DNA of 64,000 nucleotides. Source: Schleiferiaceae bacterium (lineage in GTDB: Bacteria > Bacteroidota > Bacteroidia > Flavobacteriales > Schleiferiaceae). Below are positions 57,797-64,000 of the stretch, piece after piece. The notes under the pieces were generated by a model. The model had not been told where the DNA came from, ran no database searches, and was given only the letters and a program-made list of their open reading frames with translations. Both the position numbers and the translations under genes were made by a program. Position 1 is the first letter of the stretch; each line of letters begins with the position of its first letter. The stretch lies in NCBI GenBank assembly GCA_049611965.1, contig JBMZBC010000002.1:28473-92472 (forward strand), written 5' to 3'.

Positions 57797-58798
57797 ATGG
57801 CCACCGATTTACTTAACACGTTTAGAATCAGCATTGAAGACTATTACAGGGCTCATAAGCGTTCCCTGCCTTGGAGAAAGGACGAGCCTGTTCCTTATGA
57901 AGTGTGGCTGAGCGAAATCATCCTTCAACAAACGCGCGTCGCTCAAGGCACTCCATATTGGAAAAAAATACTTGCAGCATTTCCTACGGTTGATGCCTTG
58001 GCAAACGCTGAGGAGGACAAACTGATGTCCCTTTGGACGGGTCTAGGTTACTACAATAGAGCTAGAAACCTTCAAAAAGGTGCCAAACAAATAGTCTCAG
58101 AGTTTGGAGGCAAAATGCCAACGACCTTTGAGGATCTTTTGACCATCACTGGGATTGGCCCATATACTGCAGCGGCAATTGCGAGCATCTGCTTCAAGGA
58201 GAAGGTCGGTGTGGTAGACGGTAATGTTTATCGTGTTTTAAGCCGATTCTTTGGTATTGCTACACCAATTAATCAAACCGCAGGGATCAAAGAATTCCAA
58301 TCCCTAGCCAATGCCATCATTCAAAACACTTCAGATGCTGGTTCATACAACCAAGGCATCATGGAATTTGGCGCATTACACTGCACCCCGAAAAAACCCT
58401 TGTGTATGATGTGTGATTTGGCCGATATCTGCAGCGCTTTTAATGAAGGAAAAGTCGATCAATTGCCCGTGAAAATTAAAAAAGGTAAACGCGGGTCAGA
58501 GGAGATTCACTATGCAATAGTTCGCTCTAGTGGCAGCATTGCACTTAGAAAAAGAGGTACGAAAGGAATCTGGGCAGGACTCTATGAACCACCACGACTG
58601 CAAGCCGCCCCAAAAAACGGTGAAGAATTGGCCCCTGCAATTGTGCATAAACTGAGTCATAAAGATTTAAAATGCCATTTCTGGGCAGTGGACGAAGCAA
58701 TGCTCAATGAGCCAATAACCTATTATACAAAGGACGAGACAGCCGATTTAGGCATGCCAATAATAATTGCCAATCTTGTTGAAAACATAAAGATTTAA
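57797..58798 (+). CDS. mutY: A/G-specific adenine DNA glycosylase
   Basis: WLSEIILQQTRV, an HhH-GPD region, a 4Fe-4S cluster loop (CTPKKPLCMMCDLADIC) and a C-terminal MutT-like domain. Confidence 0.92.
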   Translation: MATDLLNTFRISIEDYYRAHKRSLPWRKDEPVPYEVWLSEIILQQTRVAQGTPYWKKILAAFPTVDALANAEEDKLMSLWTGLGYYNRARNLQKGAKQIVSEFGGKMPTTFEDLLTITGIGPYTAAAIASICFKEKVGVVDGNVYRVLSRFFGIATPINQTAGIKEFQSLANAIIQNTSDAGSYNQGIMEFGALHCTPKKPLCMMCDLADICSAFNEGKVDQLPVKIKKGKRGSEEIHYAIVRSSGSIALRKRGTKGIWAGLYEPPRLQAAPKNGEELAPAIVHKLSHKDLKCHFWAVDEAMLNEPITYYTKDETADLGMPIIIANLVENIKI

Positions 58799-58814
58799 TA
58801 GCGTCGAAAATACC

Positions 58815-58822
58815 TAACTTTG
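58815..58822 (+). promoter_or_regulatory. candidate -7 box TAACTTTG for ssb-gldE-gldD
   Basis: Exact TAnnTTTG 30 nt upstream of ATG 58853. Confidence 0.4.
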
Positions 58823-58852
58823 AATGTATACAAAGCAAAATTATAAGTTAAG

Positions 58853-59326
58853 ATGGCTGGTACATTGAACAAAGTGATGCTGATTGGAAACTTGGGTAAA
58901 GACCCAGAGATCATGCATTTTGACAACGGGGGTTCTTTGGTAAAATTTCCTATTGCAACTTCTGAAACCTACACGAATCGTGAGGGACAGAGAGTGACAA
59001 ACACTGAATGGCACAACGTGGTAATCAACGCCAAAGGTTTGGTCGACGTAGCACACAAATACCTTAAAAAAGGACATAAAGTCTACCTAGAGGGACGTAT
59101 CAAGACACGGAAATGGCAAGACCAAACGGGTGCTGACAGATACACGACAGAAATCCAAGCGAATCAAATGACCATGCTCACATCTCGTGCCGAGAGCGAG
59201 GGCATGTCTTCTGATCAAAGCGGTGGGTATTCGCAGCAACCTCAGGCAGCTCCGGCTCCTGCCGCACCTATGCCGGCAGCTCCAGCGATGAATAATTCAC
59301 AGGAAGAGGACGACCTCCCTTTCTAA
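58853..59326 (+). CDS. ssb: single-stranded DNA-binding protein
   Basis: OB-fold N-terminus (LNKVMLIGNLGKDPE), a Pro/Gln/Ala-rich linker and an acidic tail ending in DDLPF. Confidence 0.95.
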   Translation: MAGTLNKVMLIGNLGKDPEIMHFDNGGSLVKFPIATSETYTNREGQRVTNTEWHNVVINAKGLVDVAHKYLKKGHKVYLEGRIKTRKWQDQTGADRYTTEIQANQMTMLTSRAESEGMSSDQSGGYSQQPQAAPAPAAPMPAAPAMNNSQEEDDLPF

Positions 59327-59348
59327 TTGTCAAACGAAACAGCAGAAT

Positions 59349-60674
59349 TTGGACCCGGATCCTTCCAGTTTAGTAAGCACACTTTTTCTTAATTCAGCCA
59401 ACGGTATGGCCGGTTTGGTTGTGCTTATTGCCGTCCTCGTTCTATTGCTTGTTTGCTCTGCTTTGATCTCCGGCAGCGAGGTTGCTTTTTTCTCTTTCAA
59501 CGCCTCTGATTTAGAGGCGCTAGAAGAAAACAGTGCAGATAATGACAAAATAAACGGACTACTTCAGCAGCCCGAAGAGCTTCTGGGGACCATACTCATT
59601 GCAAATAACTTTGTAAACGTCGGCATTGTCATCCTTTCCTCTTTCCTGCTTAACGAATACTTCTCTCCTGAAAGTTGGTCGCCTTTGGTGGTCTTCCTTG
59701 TCGAGATTCTTGCGATAACATCCGTACTATTGCTTTTTGGAGAAATCCTGCCAAAAGTCTACGCCCGAAGCTCGAGGCTAAGATTTGCACGAATGGTCGT
59801 TGGATTCTTGAGCCGCATTCACCGCATCCTTCTTCCGTTAAGCAGCAGATTAAGCAAAACAGTTAATCGTCTTTCAATCGAAGGCAAAGGGCCTAGCCTG
59901 AGTGTTGACGATTTGGAGCAAGCTTTGGAATTAACAAGTGATGAAAGCACCTCGGAAGACGAACAGCGCATTCTTCAGGGAATCGTTCGCTTTGGATCCA
60001 CTTCTGTAAAAGAGGTAATGACTCCTCGTACTTCAGTGGTCGCTATTGAACAGCGCACAGGATACCATGAGGCGCTTTCTAAAATGACGGAAAGCGGGTA
60101 TTCTCGCATACCTGTATTCGAGGAGAATCTTGACCAAATTAAAGGCCTGCTCTATGTGAAGGATTTACTCCCGTACATGGATGCCAGCGAAAACTTTGGT
60201 TGGCAAGACCTCATGCGACAGCCCTTCTTCGTTCCTGAAAGCAAGAAAATAGACGATCTATTGGGAGAATTTCAGCGCCGAAGGGTCCACTTGGCCATCG
60301 TCGTTGACGAATTCGGCGGGACATCTGGCGTCATCACACTTGAAGATGTTCTCGAGGAGATTGTTGGCGAAATTTCTGATGAATTTGATGACGATGATAT
60401 CACCTACAGCAAATTAGACGAACATACTTTCGTCTTCGAAGCTTCGATTCCACTCGTTGATCTCTGCCGAGTATTGGATTTACCTAAAGATCGATTTGAC
60501 GCCGTGGATGGTGAAAGTGATACACTCGCGGGATTGGTATTAGAGTTGGCCGGTAAGTTTTTAGAAAAAGGCGAAGAAATCAGCCACGATGAATTTACCT
60601 TCAAAGTAGAAAGTGTCGACCAGCGAAAAATTATCAGAGTTAAAGTGACCATTACCCCAGAAAGTGAAGCATAA
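59349..60674 (+). CDS. gldE: gliding motility-associated protein GldE (DUF21-CBS-CorC family)
   Basis: MDPDPSS N-terminus, DUF21 TMs, a CBS pair and a CorC_HlyC domain. The mutY-ssb-gldE-gldD synteny is known from Flavobacterium. Confidence 0.85.
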   Translation: MDPDPSSLVSTLFLNSANGMAGLVVLIAVLVLLLVCSALISGSEVAFFSFNASDLEALEENSADNDKINGLLQQPEELLGTILIANNFVNVGIVILSSFLLNEYFSPESWSPLVVFLVEILAITSVLLLFGEILPKVYARSSRLRFARMVVGFLSRIHRILLPLSSRLSKTVNRLSIEGKGPSLSVDDLEQALELTSDESTSEDEQRILQGIVRFGSTSVKEVMTPRTSVVAIEQRTGYHEALSKMTESGYSRIPVFEENLDQIKGLLYVKDLLPYMDASENFGWQDLMRQPFFVPESKKIDDLLGEFQRRRVHLAIVVDEFGGTSGVITLEDVLEEIVGEISDEFDDDDITYSKLDEHTFVFEASIPLVDLCRVLDLPKDRFDAVDGESDTLAGLVLELAGKFLEKGEEISHDEFTFKVESVDQRKIIRVKVTITPESEA

Positions 60675-60675
60675 C

Positions 60676-61239
60676 ATGAAGAATACGCTCTCTATCCTCT
60701 TTTTTGCGATTGGACTTGCCTCTTGTGGTTCAGATCCCGTAGCTCGTCCTAATGGATACATGAGGATTGGCCTTCCGGATAATGAATACTCAGCACTTCA
60801 TTTGGAAGGATGCTCCTTTAAAAGTTCTATGAACCAAGAGGCCAGAGTCCTTTACAAGGATTCTGCGAAATGTTGGATAGATTTGGTCTACCCGAGCATT
60901 CGAAGCACTATACAGCTCACCTACAAACCTGTGGAAGGAAATCTCGAGGAACTGTTTCGCGATGCCCAGAAGTTGGCTTACAAGCATACCGTCAAAGCTT
61001 CGGGGATGCGTGAGCAGTTCTTTGCATACGACAGCACCCAAGTGTATGGTATGTATTATGAAATGTCGGGAGCATCAGCTGCTACTACACAGTTTTACGC
61101 AACAGATAGCACAAATCATTTCTTAAGAGGTGTGTTGTACCATTATAGCGCGCCCAACCCTGATAGCCTCGCACCAGTAACGGCTTTCATGCGGGAAGAG
61201 ATGTTAGAATTGATTGCAAATCTTAGCTGGAATGAGTAG
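60676..61239 (+). CDS. gldD: gliding motility lipoprotein GldD
   Basis: Lipobox (GLASCGS) followed by RPNGYMRIGLPDNEY as in GldD. It sits immediately downstream of gldE. Confidence 0.8.
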   Translation: MKNTLSILFFAIGLASCGSDPVARPNGYMRIGLPDNEYSALHLEGCSFKSSMNQEARVLYKDSAKCWIDLVYPSIRSTIQLTYKPVEGNLEELFRDAQKLAYKHTVKASGMREQFFAYDSTQVYGMYYEMSGASAATTQFYATDSTNHFLRGVLYHYSAPNPDSLAPVTAFMREEMLELIANLSWNE

Positions 61240-61462
61240 TCGCAAGCTCCTTTATGTGGCATCTACTCCTACCGAGGCCAATTTGATAGCTAATTACCTC
61301 GAAGGTAATAGTATTCGCGTAGAACTCGAACACCTTACCATGGCTTCAGTGCTCCCCGTAGGAGGCAACCTCAGCATTAAGATTTTTGTCTTCGAAGCAC
61401 AATGGGAACGAGCACTCGAACTCCTTAAGACCTACGTAGCGCGAGAAAAAGGGGGTAGCTAA
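61232..61462 (+). CDS. small DUF2007-like (putative signal-transducing) protein
   Basis: A 76-aa protein (MSSRKLLYVASTPTEANLIANYLEGNSI...). It overlaps the gldD stop by 8 nt. Confidence 0.5.
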   Translation: MSSRKLLYVASTPTEANLIANYLEGNSIRVELEHLTMASVLPVGGNLSIKIFVFEAQWERALELLKTYVAREKGGS

Positions 61463-62438
61463 TAGAGGCGAGAATACCAATGCTCAATACAAGGTGGACC
61501 GGTTGCATCGCTTTTGGAAGTCCTAAGAAATAGAGCGCCACTCCAATGGTCCATTCTAAACCTACCGCAAACAAAAGCGCGTTGAAACCTGGAATCTCAA
61601 CTCCCTTGGCCCGTCTCAAATAGAACAATGCGCTGGTCAGGAGAATTACAATCCAAGCAAAAGAACGGTGGATTCTTGGCATAGCCTGTTCAATACTCGG
61701 TATGATTTCAAGACGTTCTACAATGCCGTGATCCACGGCCGCATCCACCAACTCTCTCGTCTGGGTACCGAGAAAAATCTGAATTACTACGGCCACCAAT
61801 AAAGCAATTAGCACCCTAAGAATGGATTTAGGAAGAACCTGGGAGCTATTATCGTTTCTAGCACGAATAGCCAGCAGTAAAAGTACAATTGCTACGGATC
61901 CCATCATGTGAATCGTTATCTGGTTTGGGACCAAATTTCCATCCACCACAAGTTTTCCCAACCACGCTTCAAATCCAAGTAAAAACAGCACACCAAAAGA
62001 AAGTACCGCATTCCAAAGGTTCTTGCGCACCTGAACGAATGCAAGAAGAGTCATTAGAAGTATAGGAAGTCCTGACAATGCACCAATGAGTCGATTAATA
62101 AACTCAATCCAAGTATGCACTGGGTTAAATATGGTGTATTCGTGACGGTCAAACAGTGTCCAATTCTCTTGGTTAAAAACCGCACCAGTAACAAGGTTCG
62201 ATTTGGCTACCCAAAAGCGTTCCTCGAGAAGTATCATTTGCCCCTCTTCAAAGGTTTTACCCTCTCGCCAAGTCAATGTCTCCACATCGGTAGGAGGAAT
62301 ATTGTACCCAAAACATTGCGGCCAGTCCGGGCATCCCATCCCAGAACCCGTAGCTCTAACTACCGATCCGGCTAAGATGACTAAGAATATAAATACCAGC
62401 GAAACTGTCGCAAGCTTCTTGATAAGTGGACTGACCAT
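61425..62438 (-). CDS. ctaA: heme A synthase (COX15/CtaA family)
   Basis: 8-TM protein with an N-terminal GSGMGCPDWPQC motif and conserved His residues in the TM helices. Confidence 0.88.
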   Translation of the reverse strand: MVSPLIKKLATVSLVFIFLVILAGSVVRATGSGMGCPDWPQCFGYNIPPTDVETLTWREGKTFEEGQMILLEERFWVAKSNLVTGAVFNQENWTLFDRHEYTIFNPVHTWIEFINRLIGALSGLPILLMTLLAFVQVRKNLWNAVLSFGVLFLLGFEAWLGKLVVDGNLVPNQITIHMMGSVAIVLLLLAIRARNDNSSQVLPKSILRVLIALLVAVVIQIFLGTQTRELVDAAVDHGIVERLEIIPSIEQAMPRIHRSFAWIVILLTSALFYLRRAKGVEIPGFNALLFAVGLEWTIGVALYFLGLPKAMQPVHLVLSIGILASISYPLFLALRRS

Positions 62439-62443
62439 ATCTT

Positions 62444-62788
62444 TTATTTCAAAGTAGCCGAATACAAATCTCCACCACCAACAGCAGCTACACGCGCTGT
62501 TATTTCAGATGGGTTCACTAAGGTTGAATCGTAAGAAACAATAGCGGTACTATCCGCAAAAGTGATCTCGAAATTGACAATACCAGCACTCTTTCCAAGC
62601 TTGCTTTCAATAAGGCCCTTGCAACCCATTTCACAGGTCATTCCAGAAATAAATAAGGATGCCTCAGCATTAGCTGTTGCTTCTGCCATGGGTTCAATAG
62701 CCGTTGCCGGAATAGTCAGCGACTCTGGTTCAGGAGATGAACAAGATGCTAGGACCAATGTTGCTGCAAGTAGTACAGTGTATTTCAT
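62444..62788 (-). CDS. heavy-metal-associated (HMA) domain lipoprotein
   Basis: Lipoprotein signal (LVLASCSS) and a ferredoxin-like HMA fold with the variant metal motif GMTCEMGC. Confidence 0.8.
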   Translation of the reverse strand: MKYTVLLAATLVLASCSSPEPESLTIPATAIEPMAEATANAEASLFISGMTCEMGCKGLIESKLGKSAGIVNFEITFADSTAIVSYDSTLVNPSEITARVAAVGGGDLYSATLK

Positions 62789-62803
62789 CACTCTATTTTT
62801 TTA

Positions 62804-62811
62804 CAAAATTA
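62804..62811 (-). promoter_or_regulatory. candidate -7 box TAATTTTG for HMA-ctaA operon
   Basis: Exact TAnnTTTG on the minus strand, 12-15 nt upstream of the start codon(s). Confidence 0.35.
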
Positions 62812-62857
62812 AGGGCGGTCAGGAAAAGGACTGTGCTTTTTGTTACAAATTTGCCGA

Positions 62858-63757
62858 ATGAGCACTACAAAAGAAAACAACCCCTTACTGCCTTGGTTCA
62901 TTTTCATTGGACTTGCCTTAATCTGGGGCTCATCCTTCATCCTCATGAAACGAGGTCTCGAAAGCTTCACCTACACTCAAGTAGGTACGCTCCGAGTAAG
63001 CATTGCCGCTCTTTTTATGACGGCCATAGGGTTCAGACACTTTCGATTTTTTCAAAGAAAAGATCTCGTCCCATTACTCATCGTAGGGTTTTTAGGCAAT
63101 GCCATTCCCTATGTTTTGTTTCCTTTAGCCGTAAACCACCTTGACAGTGGCGTAGTAGGGATTATTAATTCCCTAGTCCCACTTTTTACGGTTCTAATTG
63201 GCGGTTGGTTCTTTGGTCAAAAAGCCGGTAAAACCGGATGGCAAGGTGTTGCAGTCGGACTAATAGGTGCCGCATTATTGATCCTTCCAATGAACAGTAT
63301 ACTCCAAGGCGCTTTCGAAATGGAGGGCGAACTGGCTTACGGTTTATTTGGGGTCCTTGCCACAATGATGTATGGGACTTCAGTGAATACCTTGAAAATG
63401 CAATTACCGCACTTAAAAGCACTAACGGTAACCACCCTTAGCTTAGCGAGCGCTGCCCCTTTCACCATAGCCTACAGTTTAAGTTCCGGCGTTTTCGAAG
63501 TTTTTAGTACCGATTCAAATGCATGGCAGAATTTCGGCTACATCTGCATCCTTGGAATCCTTGGAAGTGGCATTGCAGTAATGATGTTCAATAAGCTCAT
63601 CCAGATGACCAGCGCACTGTTCAGTTCATCCGTGACGTATGCCATTCCTGTGGTTGCCGTTTTATGGGGCGTTTGGGACGGTGAGCAAATTCTCTGGAAC
63701 CACCTTGTAGGATTGCTCGTGATCATCACAGGTATCTACCTCATCAACAAAAAATAA
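62858..63757 (+). CDS. EamA/DMT-family transporter
   Basis: 10-TM protein made of two EamA repeats. ATG 62858 (MSTTKENN...). Confidence 0.85.
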   Translation: MSTTKENNPLLPWFIFIGLALIWGSSFILMKRGLESFTYTQVGTLRVSIAALFMTAIGFRHFRFFQRKDLVPLLIVGFLGNAIPYVLFPLAVNHLDSGVVGIINSLVPLFTVLIGGWFFGQKAGKTGWQGVAVGLIGAALLILPMNSILQGAFEMEGELAYGLFGVLATMMYGTSVNTLKMQLPHLKALTVTTLSLASAAPFTIAYSLSSGVFEVFSTDSNAWQNFGYICILGILGSGIAVMMFNKLIQMTSALFSSSVTYAIPVVAVLWGVWDGEQILWNHLVGLLVIITGIYLINKK

Positions 63758-63810
63758 AATCCCCCACAGCAACGCCGTGAGGGATTATTTATTCAAAGTA
63801 AAGACTGTGC

Positions 63811-64000
63811 TATTTGAACAGTTTTGATTTTACATCTTCATTGAATTCAATCGAATCAACTACGATTGTAAACTGCTGTTGACCAGCACTTTGTTTGGTC
63901 ACCTTAGGCATTTTCACACCGCCGAACTCAGCCCATTCTTCAATGGTCGTAGTTACAGCCATATCACCTTGTGGGGTCTCCGTAGTTTCTGTGCTCTTGT
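63811..64000 (-). CDS. hypothetical protein, C-terminal fragment (gene continues beyond window)
   Basis: Hand translation of the minus strand is open from the window edge to TAG at 63811-63813 (...TIEEWAEFGGVKMPKVTKQSAGQQQFTIVVDSIEFNEDVKSKLFK*). Confidence 0.45.

Noticed and set aside
63757-63790. Possible terminator hairpin ATCCCCCAC-n9-GTGAGGGAT after the EamA gene
   Set aside because: The stem has a mismatch and a long loop, and the T-run is poor. It is too weak to list as a feature.

Overview
This window looks like a mostly core-genome stretch of a gliding Bacteroidota (Flavobacteriia-like) chromosome. The taxon call rests on gldD/gldE, three cargo proteins with the T9SS type-B (gliding-motility C-terminal) sorting domain, a PorP/SprF-type gene, exact TAnnTTTG -7 promoter boxes in front of many operons, and few Shine-Dalgarno sites. 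G+C is about 48-50% by eye. Gene order: acs (partial) | lysA-GNAT-lysC | N-acyl amino acid synthase-like gene | rsmA-mgtE-dehydrogenase | fbp-mfd-DinB-like | T9SS adhesin + SprF-like | GAF | FtsX-type permease | purH-mreBCD-mrdA-rodA | coaX-OMP-TPR-lptC-like-CNNM-ppiD-like cluster | tRNA-Phe | pirin-orf-HMG-CoA reductase-GHMP kinase | T9SS cargo | adk-obg-PAP2-crcB | mannose-1-P guanylyltransferase-DUF389 | fumC | small methyltransferase islet | T9SS SBBP protein-arsC-family | prfB | ltaE | recX + orphan | HU-TPR-mini protein-rng | mutY-ssb-gldE-gldD | ctaA + HMA lipoprotein | EamA. I saw no CRISPR array, transposase, integrase or recognisable defence cassette. The most unusual signal is an uninterrupted (AG)16 tract at 47428-47459. 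It separates the only ATG from the body of an AT-rich SAM-dependent methyltransferase gene, so a change of one repeat unit restores the full ORF. That makes it a candidate slipped-strand phase-variation switch, which is atypical for Bacteroidota. Secondary points: a PorP/SprF beta-barrel fused to a C-terminal SPOR-like domain; a 29-codon Lys/Arg-rich mini-ORF (bS22-like) that the ORF track missed; a pirin-unknown-HMGR-GYDIA kinase operon; an SSAT-type acetyltransferase translationally coupled inside lysA-lysC; an AT-rich orphan after recX; and promoter boxes placed so close to some start codons that those mRNAs would be leaderless or nearly so. All product calls come from reading the translations for motifs, not from any search. 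Start codons were re-picked where the ORF track over-extended.
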